From contig OZ240245.1 in assembly GCA_965198175.1 (NCBI GenBank), positions 2,176,001-2,240,000 on the forward strand: a stretch of DNA of 64,000 bases. Reading direction: 5' to 3'. Below, one piece after another: positions 1 through 10,696 of this stretch. Source of the stretch: Candidatus Poribacteria bacterium (lineage in GTDB: Bacteria > Poribacteria > WGA-4E > PCPOR2b). Under the pieces are notes generated by a model. That model worked only from the letters and a program-made list of their open reading frames with translations, had not been told where the DNA came from and did not search any database. How positions within the stretch are numbered: the first letter of the stretch is position 1; each line of letters opens with the position of its first letter. Both the position numbers and the translations under genes were made by a program.

Positions 1-1222
1 CAAGGCCAGCCCTAACCTTCGTTACACCAAGGGCACTGCAGCAATATATCCCCAGAAATAGCAGAAGTACCCATGAAGATAGCCCCGCCTTATAGCTAAA
101 AAATAGGAGACATAGCAATCCTCCGCTGATGCCCAAAAGCGCGGTACGGTACGGTATCGGCTCATTGGCATCATCTATCCGATTATTTCCTGTAAACGCT
201 TGCGTGAAAACACGTTTTAGGTGTCTCCGTCCTACCCAAAGCGCCAGAACGCCCAGAGCTATCCACGCGCCCTGTGCCTGTTCATCCAGATACAGATTCC
301 GCCAGCCCATCGTGGTGCCAAGGAACAGTTGTGTAAATTTCTTTAAGAAGTAGAAGAACCATGCAGAAAATGCCAAATCGAGCGGCATGAAATAGGAAAG
401 CCCAATCACAAAGGGCTGGAAGGAGATACGTGTATAAACCATGTAGCTCCACGGCTTCTCCTGGAAATTGATTCGCTGCCACCCGATAGGGATGGAAGGG
501 AGAAAAGGATAGAAAACGGCCAAGCCATTGAGAAGACTAATGGCGGCGGCAATGCCGAAGCCCGCCCACATAAGCTTATTTCTTAAAAACGCAACTGGAT
601 CTCGTCCCATTTCCAGCGGCATCCAGGTGATCGGATACGTAAGTCGTTCATGCTCGCTGAATTGCTTTCGGATAACCGAGTTAATGCAAATGAGGACAAA
701 GTATAGCACAAACGTAAAGGCTGACCAATAGAGCAGCGGTCCGAGCCAAGCCTTGACGTGCAGTCGGGTAAAGAACGAGGTTTCGCCTAGAAAAAAGCCG
801 CTGAGAACATTTTCGTCCTCGACTGTAAACCAATCGGGAACATGATGCCAGAAAAGATTCCGCCAGTCATTTTCTGCCGTAGCGAACCAGAAGGGGTGAA
901 TTAGCGGGGCTAGCAGCCGGGTCATACGATGTCCAGACACCGTTGACGCCATAACCACCATAATGTAGATGACTAGCAGGTCTGATTCGCGCAGCACAAT
1001 TGCCGACCGAAGTTTCTGCGACAGAAGGTTTATGAGAATCAGCGCAAACAAGGTGAAGACCGCATTGCTGAACAGCGACATATAAGTGTGCGCTAGACCG
1101 AGTGTGAGGTCATTGACTGAAATCCAATAGGCATTTACGACAACCAAAATGAGCCCGAGGACCAGCACTCCAAGATTGAAGCCCCTTGACTCGTTTTTTT
1201 TGATGACAGAGAACTGATTCAC
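1..1222 (-). CDS. Polytopic membrane protein (DUF6785/DUF6784-like), runs off the window start
   Basis: Read manually on the minus strand from GTG at 1222: MNQFSVIKKNESRGFNLGVLVLGLILVVVNAYW..., with many hydrophobic segments. Missing from the ORF track, presumably because no stop falls inside the window. Family assignment is from recall. Confidence 0.7.
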   Translation of the reverse strand, partial: MNQFSVIKKNESRGFNLGVLVLGLILVVVNAYWISVNDLTLGLAHTYMSLFSNAVFTLFALILINLLSQKLRSAIVLRESDLLVIYIMVVMASTVSGHRMTRLLAPLIHPFWFATAENDWRNLFWHHVPDWFTVEDENVLSGFFLGETSFFTRLHVKAWLGPLLYWSAFTFVLYFVLICINSVIRKQFSEHERLTYPITWMPLEMGRDPVAFLRNKLMWAGFGIAAAISLLNGLAVFYPFLPSIPIGWQRINFQEKPWSYMVYTRISFQPFVIGLSYFMPLDLAFSAWFFYFLKKFTQLFLGTTMGWRNLYLDEQAQGAWIALGVLALWVGRRHLKRVFTQAFTGNNRIDDANEPIPYRTALLGISGGLLCLLFFSYKAGLSSWVLLLFLGIYCCSALGVTKVRAGL

Positions 1223-1407
1223 AAATAACCTTGCTTTGACGTTGGTCTCAGTTTGGCTTGTAACATTTCACAAACCGACATTCGTGGCAATCGTCCCTCA
1301 CTAAGTCGAGATAGAATACTATCTCCCTGAAGATCAATCCGCGTTGGACTTCTAGGTACAACGATTCTGTAGGCTGGACTTTGTCAACAAACCGTTCAGA
1401 AACTCTC

Positions 1408-2487
1408 TCATGCCTCCCAGAGCAAGTTAATTGCGCTTGCCTTGATGATAATGTAACATACCATCCCTTCTACAAGGGCAAGTTCATTGAGGGCTTCACT
1501 CGTAATCCCTATGGAAAACAGATGGTCTTCAACATCTACGGACAACATCACACGACCTCCTTGGTCAGCAATCTGCCAAATCGTCCCGCTCAAAATATTG
1601 CGAGCGCTAATAGAGAGGTGGCGATCTGTAGCGACGATAATATCCTGCGCTCTGATGGCAACGGGAACTAAGTCCCCAACCTTTACTTGGGTATAGGGTA
1701 CAAACAGTTTCTGTGTTCCGAGTGCTAGTTCGGTCACGCCACGCCGTTCGTGAGACGCGACAATCGGTAAAGAGAAGACATTTTCGACTCCCGTTAGCAG
1801 TGCGACGGGTAAAACCGAGGGTGTCATCAACAGTTTATAGGGTTCTCCGTGTGCGATGATGCGACCGTCAGACAGCCAAAAGCCTTCATCTGCCAGTGTC
1901 ATCGCTTCCGCAACGGAATGGGTCACGTAAAGGATGGGTATGTCAAAGACCTGTTTGATGTGATATAAGTAAGGCAGGATGCGATTTTTTAATCCCAAGT
2001 CGAGGGAAGCCAACGGTTCATCCATCAATAACATCCGTGGGCACATCGCTAGTGCACGCGCCGTCGCAACCCGCTGACGCTGTCCACCGGAAAGCTGGTG
2101 GGGATAACGCGTTAAGAGGTCGCCAATCTCAAGGATGTCGATGATTAGCTCTGGATCAATCTCAAGATCTCTGCGCAATCGACGGGGGCAGCCGTAGAGG
2201 ATATTTTTCTGGACAGTGAGATGCGGAAAGAGATGCCCCTCTTGAAAAACATACCCGAAACCTCGTCGCTCCGGTGGGAGTTGCACCTTCTGCTTCGATG
2301 CGTACAGTGTCTGACCGTTGAAGGAAAGCTCTCCTCCATCCGGATGCAAGATGCCGCTGATACAGTTGAGCAGTGTACTCTTACCACTGCCCGAAGGTCC
2401 AAAAAATGCGCTGACTTTTTTGGTAATCGTGTGATCTACCTCGAGCTTAAAACTGCCAAGCTGCTTACGGAAACTGAGTTTTAACAT
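1408..2487 (-). CDS. modC: Molybdate ABC transporter ATP-binding protein
   Basis: Walker A GPSGSGKS, LPPERRGFGYVFQE, LSGGQRQRVA signature, LLMDEP Walker B, C-terminal TOBE/Mop (SISARNIL). Confidence 0.92.
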   Translation of the reverse strand: MLKLSFRKQLGSFKLEVDHTITKKVSAFFGPSGSGKSTLLNCISGILHPDGGELSFNGQTLYASKQKVQLPPERRGFGYVFQEGHLFPHLTVQKNILYGCPRRLRRDLEIDPELIIDILEIGDLLTRYPHQLSGGQRQRVATARALAMCPRMLLMDEPLASLDLGLKNRILPYLYHIKQVFDIPILYVTHSVAEAMTLADEGFWLSDGRIIAHGEPYKLLMTPSVLPVALLTGVENVFSLPIVASHERRGVTELALGTQKLFVPYTQVKVGDLVPVAIRAQDIIVATDRHLSISARNILSGTIWQIADQGGRVMLSVDVEDHLFSIGITSEALNELALVEGMVCYIIIKASAINLLWEA

Positions 2488-2677
2488 AGTGTGGACGAAT
2501 TCATAGATTCGGTCGGAAGCAAGCTATTATCACTATGTAAAAAGCTGTACAAACGTACGACACACAGGTGAAATGTGAAAACGGAATTGCTAATATACAT
2601 TTCTCCTAATGGTTTACGCGACACCTAGTAAAACAACGGGCAGGATGGAAGAAACTTGAGTGATTTTACAGAATTAT

Positions 2678-3373
2678 TCAAAACTCCGGTGTTTCCTCCT
2701 CGAAATCTTCTATTTCTTCCGTTGGCGATTCAATCTCCATTTGCTTTTCTAGAGGTTCTGTTTTCTCTTCAACTGCTTCCGCCCTTTCAGTGTTTTCGCG
2801 TTTTTTGTCATCTTTATTTTCTAATCCGTATAATTCAATTTCATGAATCAGGGTATTCGCACGCTTCACCTGACGTCCTCTCATTACACCGCTTGGTGTA
2901 GGTACACCAGGCATCCGCTGGTCATCGAATGTGCCGCCAACCTGCAATCGAATTCGATCCGTAACGGCACTCACTCGCAAATCAAGCGTCGGCTCGCGGT
3001 TATTCTTCACCTGCTTAACCACTTTCCAATGCCCCTGACCGCCTAGTCCGCCCAGTCCCTGGTAGACGATCACGTCCTCAATGTTTGTGCCTCTGATGAC
3101 AACTCGGTGAATCGGCTTTCGGGTTGGCAGTGTGACAATAATCCGGTGACCGGCTTTGTTGCCGGTTCCCAGATCGCCGTCAATCATCTCTAGCACGGGA
3201 TATTCAGAATTCTTGAAGACATAAGTACACCTTGTTCCATCAAGGGCAGCATGGTTTTCACTCCAGCCCTGCGGTAAAACGAGGTTGTTTACCAAACCCG
3301 AACATCCGACTGCAAAACAGGATAAGATGAACATGAATATGTGTAGGAGATATTTCATTGCGATTTCTGGCAA
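2678..3373 (-). CDS. Hypothetical lipoprotein with a discoidin/F5-8-like beta domain and an acidic tail
   Basis: Lipobox AVGC after a hydrophobic stretch; IDGD...IHEIELYG pattern. Confidence 0.6.
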   Translation of the reverse strand: MPEIAMKYLLHIFMFILSCFAVGCSGLVNNLVLPQGWSENHAALDGTRCTYVFKNSEYPVLEMIDGDLGTGNKAGHRIIVTLPTRKPIHRVVIRGTNIEDVIVYQGLGGLGGQGHWKVVKQVKNNREPTLDLRVSAVTDRIRLQVGGTFDDQRMPGVPTPSGVMRGRQVKRANTLIHEIELYGLENKDDKKRENTERAEAVEEKTEPLEKQMEIESPTEEIEDFEEETPEF

Positions 3374-3425
3374 GACTTTGCAAAAAGGTGTAATTCAACA
3401 GGATCGGTTTAGAGACCGTTATCCA

Positions 3426-3454
3426 TTGACAATCCGATCGGCTCGTGATAAGAT
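3426..3454 (+). promoter_or_regulatory. Sigma-70 promoter
   Basis: TTGACA-N17-TAAGAT with extended -10 TG. Confidence 0.6.
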
Positions 3455-4125
3455 ATTAAGCAGGTTTACTAAGGTGAAATAGAAGCCGGTCAGTGTTAAG
3501 TGAATGAGTTCGGAAATCAGGGGATTACAAATCCTTCTGTGCCTTCAACATCCTAATCTTCTTTGTTCATTTCATTTTTGAACCACAATTTAACAGATGC
3601 TGCTGCATAACAACCAGATTTAACAACGTTGGCTTTCCTTTTCCTGATGGTGAAGTGTAACAAAGTTTAGCTTCGTTTGCAAGCACAAAATCTCTGTACC
3701 GAAATGAGCTACCTAAGGGTATCAAAGCAACCCTTAAAGCTGACTACAATAATTGCCTTTGCGACACGATTTCGATACGGTCCTGAATTGAGCGAATAGA
3801 CCAACCCGGATAATGACATGACTCTCTTTTTCCTGATGAACCCCTCAACAGCCGAGTGAGATCTGGCAACTACTCTATTGTTAGCTTTCCTCCGTAGCAG
3901 ATTGGAATCTGTTGCCTTGTTCACGTTTTGCCTGTAAACACGGACATGTATCAGGTGCGGGATTGCCCTCTATCTCCACCCCAATAAAGTAATGGCTTCT
4001 GCGTGAACAAGGAACCTCCCACTTTTGTGGGCGAGCTATAAAACCCTTCGAACAGCCGTTATCCGTATCAATGGGCAATCCTTATTCTGCTTGCGCTTTA
4101 CGGAAGAATTAGTGGGGAGAGACAG

Positions 4126-4542
4126 ATGCCATTTAGAATTTGTCCAACAGCCACTTCAGACGCATCGACGACTTTTCAGATTGAGTTGGATCCGCGTGCG
4201 ATTACAGCGATGGGGGAGATTGAAAGCTGCGGCGCACGGGGTGCGAAGCGTGAAGTAATATTGCGCAAACATCTCGGCACAGATTACGATAAGGGATACC
4301 GAGGAACAGCATGGGGGCGATTCGGATTTTCAGAAGGACTTACTCCCGCGAAACTAGCTGAAATGCTCGTTGAACATGGAGAATCTTTTGATCCATGCGC
4401 TGAACGCGAGACATTCGATTACAGCATGATGATTAACGTCGAGTCGGAGTTGGGTTCCCAATTGGAATTTGTCTCTGAACACATATTGAACGCCATTACG
4501 GAGGCGTACAAGGGGCGGATTATCGAGCGGATAGATCATTAA
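4126..4542 (+). CDS. Hypothetical protein
   Basis: 138 aa ORF with a purine-rich RBS (GGGGAGAG), upstream of an oxidoreductase. Confidence 0.55.
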   Translation: MPFRICPTATSDASTTFQIELDPRAITAMGEIESCGARGAKREVILRKHLGTDYDKGYRGTAWGRFGFSEGLTPAKLAEMLVEHGESFDPCAERETFDYSMMINVESELGSQLEFVSEHILNAITEAYKGRIIERIDH

Positions 4543-4584
4543 TGATGGCATCTAGATGCTTAATTCGACTATCTTGAGGGACCC

Positions 4585-5688
4585 GTGTTTATGGATGAAA
4601 CTACAAAAATCGCCTTGATTGGAATCACACACCCGCACGCAGTTGCGCATTTGAAAACGCTTAACTGGATTAATTCAGTTACTAGTGTTCCGATTTATGA
4701 TTCAGATGAATGCGCGTTGCAGGATTTCAAGGAGAGACCGGAAGGAAAGAAGGTCGAAAAAAGTTATACCAATCTTGATGCGCTGTTAGAGCGAAGCGAC
4801 GTGCGGGTGCTATTCGTCTGTCTACGCAATGACGAAACGCCTGATGTCCTCATCCGCGCGGCAGAAGCGGGAAAGCATATTGTTGTCGAAAAACCTGTCG
4901 CCCGGTGTGCTAAAGAGCTTGAACCTGCGTTGCAAGCTGTAAAGAAGGCGGGTGTCAAATTGACGGTTTGTTTTCAGAACCGTTATCACCCTGTCTCCCA
5001 AGCAATCTACAAACTAGTCGCAGAGGGTATTTTGGGTCAGCCGATGGGCGTTGAGATACGCTTGGTTACATCTCAGGTAAAGCATCGCAACCCAGAGCAT
5101 TGGTTGTTCAAAAAAGAGTCCGCCGGAGGCGGCATTCTTTCGTGGCTTGGTTGTCACTATCTAGACTTGATTTGCTACTTCATGCGGGAAGAAATTACTG
5201 AAGTCAGCGCTGTCTTGGCTACACGTAGTGGTGTAGCCATTGATGTTGAAGATTCGGCATCGCTCTCCCTACGTTTTCAGAGTGGAATGATTGGAACGCT
5301 TCAGGCGGGTTATATGTTGCCGTTCAGCGGGCAAGGCTACTTGGGACCGTCATACGATACCTACATTGCTATTCGTGGTACAGCGGGTAATATCGTTTGG
5401 GACCCGACACAAGAGGGCACCCCTTCCTTTTCCGCCGAAAGTACGATTCCTGCGTGGGAAGCGTCTCACCATCGAACTTTCCGATACGAACTCCCCCAAT
5501 GTGATGCTTATGGTGGCGTACATGGCGTGCAATTTGTCCAGGATTTTCTAGACGCAATCCAAAGAGACACTGAACCGATGATTACCGGCAGCGACATGCT
5601 TCGTGTTTTGCGCGTTATCGACGCTGCCTATGAATCGAACAAAACCGGTCGTCATGTGCAAATTAAATGGGAAGGGCAATCCACATGA
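4585..5688 (+). CDS. Gfo/Idh/MocA family oxidoreductase
   Basis: KIALIG N-terminus, AGKHIVVEKP, GGGILSWLGCHYLD motifs. Confidence 0.9.
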   Translation: MFMDETTKIALIGITHPHAVAHLKTLNWINSVTSVPIYDSDECALQDFKERPEGKKVEKSYTNLDALLERSDVRVLFVCLRNDETPDVLIRAAEAGKHIVVEKPVARCAKELEPALQAVKKAGVKLTVCFQNRYHPVSQAIYKLVAEGILGQPMGVEIRLVTSQVKHRNPEHWLFKKESAGGGILSWLGCHYLDLICYFMREEITEVSAVLATRSGVAIDVEDSASLSLRFQSGMIGTLQAGYMLPFSGQGYLGPSYDTYIAIRGTAGNIVWDPTQEGTPSFSAESTIPAWEASHHRTFRYELPQCDAYGGVHGVQFVQDFLDAIQRDTEPMITGSDMLRVLRVIDAAYESNKTGRHVQIKWEGQST

Positions 5689-5811
5689 ACATCATTGCAT
5701 GAGTTAGGAAGAATAAGCTATGAAGCCGTTTAATCTCCTCAGTCGAGCGTGGGAAAGAGCTGAAGAGAAACCGCTTCTCGTAGGCAAAGATGGCCTATCA
5801 AGGGCAATTAT

Positions 5812-6309
5812 ATGACACAATTGAATTACACCTGTTTCAAATCTCCGTTTGGATGGGTTGTTGTTGCGGGTTCAAATCGAGGCATCGCACGAATTATGTT
5901 TGGCGCTTCAACTGAAGCAGAAGTTGAAGGTTTGCTGGTTAATGAAATGCAGGCAGTCAAATCCCATTCGGGTTTATCGGAAGCTGTCAATCTCCTCACA
6001 CAGTACTTTAACGGCACACTTGTGGATTTCGCGCTCGATCTCGACTTGAGTGCTGGAACACAATTCCAAATCGCCGCTTGGGAAACAGCCCGTCAGATTC
6101 CCTATGGATCGGTTCGAAGCTATAGTTGGATTGCGCGAGAGATTGGAAAGCCAAAAGGAGCACGAGCTGTTGGTCAGGCAATGGGCGCCAACCCGCTGTC
6201 AATCATTGTTCCGTGCCATCGCGTCATCCGTAGCGATGGAGATCTCGGCGGTTATTCAGGGGGGCTACACTGGAAGCGTCAACTGCTTGCACTGGAAGGA
6301 AAAACATAG
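5812..6309 (+). CDS. ogt: Methylated-DNA--protein-cysteine methyltransferase
   Basis: IPYG..SY, ARAVGQA, PCHRV active-site motif. Confidence 0.93.
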   Translation: MTQLNYTCFKSPFGWVVVAGSNRGIARIMFGASTEAEVEGLLVNEMQAVKSHSGLSEAVNLLTQYFNGTLVDFALDLDLSAGTQFQIAAWETARQIPYGSVRSYSWIAREIGKPKGARAVGQAMGANPLSIIVPCHRVIRSDGDLGGYSGGLHWKRQLLALEGKT

Positions 6310-6501
6310 GGATTTCATACAGATTATACGAGATGATAATGCCTTGCACACTGACCTTGTACAGCGTCAGACAAATGTTGGCAGTGTGTCGTCCCATCCG
6401 CGTGAAATAAAAGCATAAGGCGGATTAGAGTGATTTCTGTAGTCTGTCGTATTAGTGATTCTCTATCACACATTTATACATGAAAAATACAGTGGAGTGA
6501 A

Positions 6502-7644
6502 ATGAAAAAACACTTCCTATTCACCCCGGGCCCAACGCCCATCCCTCCAGAATCGTTGCTGGCGATGGCAAGCCAGATCGATTACCATAGATCAGCTGAA
6601 GCTGTGGTGCAGATTAAAGACGTATCCGAAAAGCTCAAACAGGTGTTCCAAACCCAGAATGATGTGCTGATTTTGACTTCATCGGGAACCGGTGCAATGG
6701 AAAGTGTCGTGGCAAATCTCCTTTCCCGTGGCGATGAGGTCGTTGTCATTCGAAGCGGCAAATTCGGGGAGCGATGGGGTGAAATTTGTTCGGCGTACGG
6801 AGTCGAGTTTTTTCCAATCGATCTTGAGTGGGGTGAATCCGTTGAGCCGCAGATGGTTGCAGACCTCCTCAATAAACGCCCAGACGCGAAGGCTGTATTC
6901 TCAACCCTTTGCGAAACTTCGACAGGCGCATTACATGATATTAAAAGTCTAGGAGAGATTACTAGACGCAGACCTACATTACTAGTTGTTGATGCAGTCA
7001 GCGCGCTCGGTGCCGATGATTTTCAGATGGACAGTTGGGGTGTTGATGTTGTTATCTCATGCTCTCACAAGGGACTGATGACACCGCCAGGACTTGCCTT
7101 TGCTGTGCTCAGCCAATCGGCTTGGGAAGCATCAAAAAATGCAACACTTCCCAAATACTATTTCGACCTTCGGAAGGCACAGCAGGCAAGCTGGGACGGT
7201 TCAGCACCTTATACCCCAGCGATTACGTTCATCACTGCCCTACAGCGTGCCTTGAATCGGATAAGTGCAGATGGCATCCGGAACGTCATCACACGTCACG
7301 CCTGTCTCGCTGAAGCGACGCGAAGCGCTGTTAAGACGATTGGACTGAATATCTTCGCGACGAAGCCAGCAAACACGTTGACCTCCATTCGCCTTCCCGA
7401 GCAAATTGATGGTGTGAGATTTGTGAAGATGATGCGAGAAAAACACGGGATTACTCTCGCAGGGGGGCAGGGCAAGCTGCGCGGGAAAATCATCCGAATC
7501 GCCCACCTCGGCTGGATGGGTGAATACGATATAATTGTAGCAATCGCTGCACTTGAGAGAGGGTTGACGGAGATTGGCAAAGAGGTCCCGCTCGGCGCCG
7601 GCGTTACCGCGGCTCAAGAAGTTTTTCATCGAAAATCTCAATGA
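6502..7644 (+). CDS. Class V PLP aminotransferase (alanine-glyoxylate/serine-pyruvate family)
   Basis: FTPGPT, SSGTGAME, ETSTG, VDAVS, SHKG (PLP lysine), RIAHLG. Confidence 0.9.
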   Translation: MKKHFLFTPGPTPIPPESLLAMASQIDYHRSAEAVVQIKDVSEKLKQVFQTQNDVLILTSSGTGAMESVVANLLSRGDEVVVIRSGKFGERWGEICSAYGVEFFPIDLEWGESVEPQMVADLLNKRPDAKAVFSTLCETSTGALHDIKSLGEITRRRPTLLVVDAVSALGADDFQMDSWGVDVVISCSHKGLMTPPGLAFAVLSQSAWEASKNATLPKYYFDLRKAQQASWDGSAPYTPAITFITALQRALNRISADGIRNVITRHACLAEATRSAVKTIGLNIFATKPANTLTSIRLPEQIDGVRFVKMMREKHGITLAGGQGKLRGKIIRIAHLGWMGEYDIIVAIAALERGLTEIGKEVPLGAGVTAAQEVFHRKSQ

Positions 7645-7836
7645 TGATTGATTAACCACCAATCTTTGGAAGGGGTGTGTAATGCGTACTGTTCGTGCCA
7701 ATACGTCATGTTCCTGATACTTCAGGAGAATCACGTAATCCTACGCATTACCTACTTCGTTTGGGCGTTAAACAGGTATTAGCAGCGATTGTGCGGATTC
7801 CCACGGGAATCGTGATAGCACAAATTTCTGTGCTGT

Positions 7837-8328
7837 TTGTCCCACCATAAGGAGTTTGTTGTCATGCGGAGAGGCGCGCAATGGGTTCCTCCACAAAACG
7901 CAGAACAGTTTAAGAAATATCTGAAAAGCAACAAATTCAAGATTACCTCTGAGCGTCTAGCGATTCTTGAACAGGTCTTTGCCTACGACGACCACTTTCG
8001 AGCAGAGGATCTTTTGGTTCGCATGCGCCAAAACGGATATCAGGTTTCCAGAGCGACAATCTATCGGACACTGCCCCTGCTTGTCAAAAGCGGTCTCCTA
8101 ACTGAAGTAATTGATGCACAAAAGCAGTCTCATTATGAACATATCAATGCGCTTCAACAACAGCATGCCCACCTAATCTGCCTGCGGTGTGGAAAACTCA
8201 TCGAGTTCAATAACGTTGAAATTGACACGCTCCAAGAATTGGTTTGTAAGGCGTATGGGTTTAAACCAATCAAATACAGAAATGAGATTTTGGGATACTG
8301 TTTTGAGTGCCAAGCAGAGGGACTATAA
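7837..8328 (+). CDS. Fur family transcriptional regulator (start may be ATG 7864)
   Basis: SRATIYRTL helix, HAHLICLRCG and CFEC zinc motifs. Confidence 0.9.
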   Translation: MSHHKEFVVMRRGAQWVPPQNAEQFKKYLKSNKFKITSERLAILEQVFAYDDHFRAEDLLVRMRQNGYQVSRATIYRTLPLLVKSGLLTEVIDAQKQSHYEHINALQQQHAHLICLRCGKLIEFNNVEIDTLQELVCKAYGFKPIKYRNEILGYCFECQAEGL

Positions 8329-8506
8329 GCAACGCAACCGGCTCAGAACTAGGAACTCGGGAGGTTCTCAAGCTTAAAAAAGCGACCCAGTCCCAAAAAT
8401 GAGGAGAGAAATTGCTTGACGAATTCGGACGAATAAGTTATCAATTATCTGTGAGAGGCGGTAAACCCAATCACCAGAAGTCAATCCGAGGAGGATACAC
8501 ATCTAA

Positions 8507-9733
8507 ATGACAACCGCTGAGATCAAAGCGATGGCGACAGAGTACATTATAAACACTTACGGCGAGCGAAATCTCGCGCTTGTACGAGGGGAAGGTCCCT
8601 ACGTTTGGAATGCTGATGGGGTAAGATATCTCGATTTCCTGGGTGGATTAGCGGTCAACGGCCTGGGACACTGCCATCCAAAGATTGTTGCTGCGATTCG
8701 TGACCAGGCAGGTAAACTGATCCATGTCTCTAATCTTTACTACATTGAACCACAAGCGCAGTTGGCGAAGCTGCTAATCGACAACTGTGATATGGACCAA
8801 TGCTTTTTCTGCAACAGTGGTGCGGAGGCAAACGAAGCGGCAATCAAGTTAGCGCGGAAGTATGCCAAAGACGTGGATATAAGGTCACTACGTCTCGAAA
8901 AATTCCCGGACGACGGAACAGATCCCTACGAAATCATCACGATGGAGAATTCGTTCCATGGGCGAACGATGGCGACTATCACTGCGACTGCACAGACGAA
9001 ATACCACAGCGGGTTTGAACCAATGCTTGAGGGCTTTAAATATGTGCCGTATGACAATCTTGGCGCAGCCGAAGCCGCAATTAGTAGAAAAACATGCGCC
9101 ATTTTGGTGGAACCGATTCAGTCCGAAGGCGGTGTGAATGTACCGAGTGACGGATATCTCAAAGGCTTGCGGGAAATCTGTGATGAATATAATCTGCTGC
9201 TAATCTTCGACGAAGTCCAGACCGCAATGGGACGTTTGGGCACGCTGTTTGGGTATCAGAGTTATGGCGTCATCCCCGATATTATCACGATGGCAAAATT
9301 CCTCGGCGGCGGTGTCGCGATTGGGGCGATGCTTGCAACAAAATACATCGCTGAGAGCTTCACCCCCGGCACGCATGCTGCGACCTTCGGCGGAAATCCG
9401 TTGGCAAGCACCGCGGCGTATGCCACAGCGAGAACTGTTATTGATGAAAATTTGGGGGACAATGCGATTAAAATGGGCGCCTATTTGACAGAAAAGTTGA
9501 TGGAGCTTAAAGGGAAGTACCCAATTCAAGAAGTCCGAGGGAGAGGCTTGTTGCTTGGATTGGTGTTGTCAGTAGATGCCAATGCACTTGCCGCCCGATG
9601 TATTGAAAATGGCTTAATCACAATCTGCACGAACAATTATGTCCTCCGCTTTCTGCCACCGATTAACATCAACAAAGCGCACGTTGACGAAGCGGTTTCG
9701 ATTGTCGAAAGATCGCTCGCTGAGACAATTTAA
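8507..9733 (+). CDS. argD: Acetylornithine aminotransferase
   Basis: Class III aminotransferase motifs NSGAEANE, SFHGRT, DEVQT, MAK, HAATFGGNPLA. Confidence 0.9.
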   Translation: MTTAEIKAMATEYIINTYGERNLALVRGEGPYVWNADGVRYLDFLGGLAVNGLGHCHPKIVAAIRDQAGKLIHVSNLYYIEPQAQLAKLLIDNCDMDQCFFCNSGAEANEAAIKLARKYAKDVDIRSLRLEKFPDDGTDPYEIITMENSFHGRTMATITATAQTKYHSGFEPMLEGFKYVPYDNLGAAEAAISRKTCAILVEPIQSEGGVNVPSDGYLKGLREICDEYNLLLIFDEVQTAMGRLGTLFGYQSYGVIPDIITMAKFLGGGVAIGAMLATKYIAESFTPGTHAATFGGNPLASTAAYATARTVIDENLGDNAIKMGAYLTEKLMELKGKYPIQEVRGRGLLLGLVLSVDANALAARCIENGLITICTNNYVLRFLPPININKAHVDEAVSIVERSLAETI

Positions 9734-9823
9734 GTTGACCTTAACAGCTTGGCTGCACCATCGAAAAAGCGTTGAGATTAGGTTGAGCGGGAAGCTAGTT
9801 AGGAGAGAAGCGAAGGCGAAAAA

Positions 9824-10696
9824 TTGAGTTCACGGCTTGCAAAGTACGCATTACGTATTACATTCTGTGTATCGCTCTTCACACGTTTCATTATCCCACC
9901 AATTATTCTCTGTATCCTTCCCCTTGGTGGATGTAGCAGCCCAAATGCTAACTTTCAGTTGTCCCCCGTGGACGCTGAAAAGTTAAATCCTATTCTCGAT
10001 GCTCTACGGGTGAACTACGATCTCACCTCGACCCTAAAAATGGCGATGAAGGTCACAATTGAAGAGGAGGACCAAAAGGATGAGATTCGCGTACATCTTT
10101 GGTACAAAAAATCAGAGAAAGATGGAGATTTACTGCACATTCAAGCGATGGGACCGTATAATGAACCCCGTGTGATTGCGATTGCAGCACGGGATAAATT
10201 TCTACTGCGTTACCACAATGAGAATGAAGTCATCATCCAACCTCTAGCGGACGGCGTGCTACAGGATATTTTTGGGATAGATTTACGTGTCTCTGATGTT
10301 CGCAACACAATCTTCGCCAATCCTTTCCTCAATGGTTCCACAGAAAAATTATCACTAGCGCGATCCGGCATGAAATATGTAGTGAGACGTCCGAGCGCGA
10401 AAGCGGGAGAAATCGAGATAATCACCATCTTCATGCGAGATTCAGATCCGACCGTTAAAGATTGGGACATAGTGAATCGATCGGGAGAAATTATTCAAAA
10501 GATAAGGTTTTCAGACTACCGCGATGTCGGTGGTATTCTTCGTCCGCATAAGGTTGAAGTTGAGCGCCCGATTGAAAATACGCGCGTCGTTCTGCAAGTC
10601 ATCAAACCGGAAATCAACTCGGAGATTAGCGATACGAAGTTCGAATTTGACCGATTGTTGGATGAAAACACAAAAATTCGCTCTTTGGGAGAATAG
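9824..10696 (+). CDS. Lipoprotein, probably LolA/LolB-fold (DUF4292-like)
   Basis: Lipobox LGGC; lies directly upstream of ispE, where lolB usually sits; FSDYRDVGG..P motif. Confidence 0.6.
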   Translation: MSSRLAKYALRITFCVSLFTRFIIPPIILCILPLGGCSSPNANFQLSPVDAEKLNPILDALRVNYDLTSTLKMAMKVTIEEEDQKDEIRVHLWYKKSEKDGDLLHIQAMGPYNEPRVIAIAARDKFLLRYHNENEVIIQPLADGVLQDIFGIDLRVSDVRNTIFANPFLNGSTEKLSLARSGMKYVVRRPSAKAGEIEIITIFMRDSDPTVKDWDIVNRSGEIIQKIRFSDYRDVGGILRPHKVEVERPIENTRVVLQVIKPEINSEISDTKFEFDRLLDENTKIRSLGE

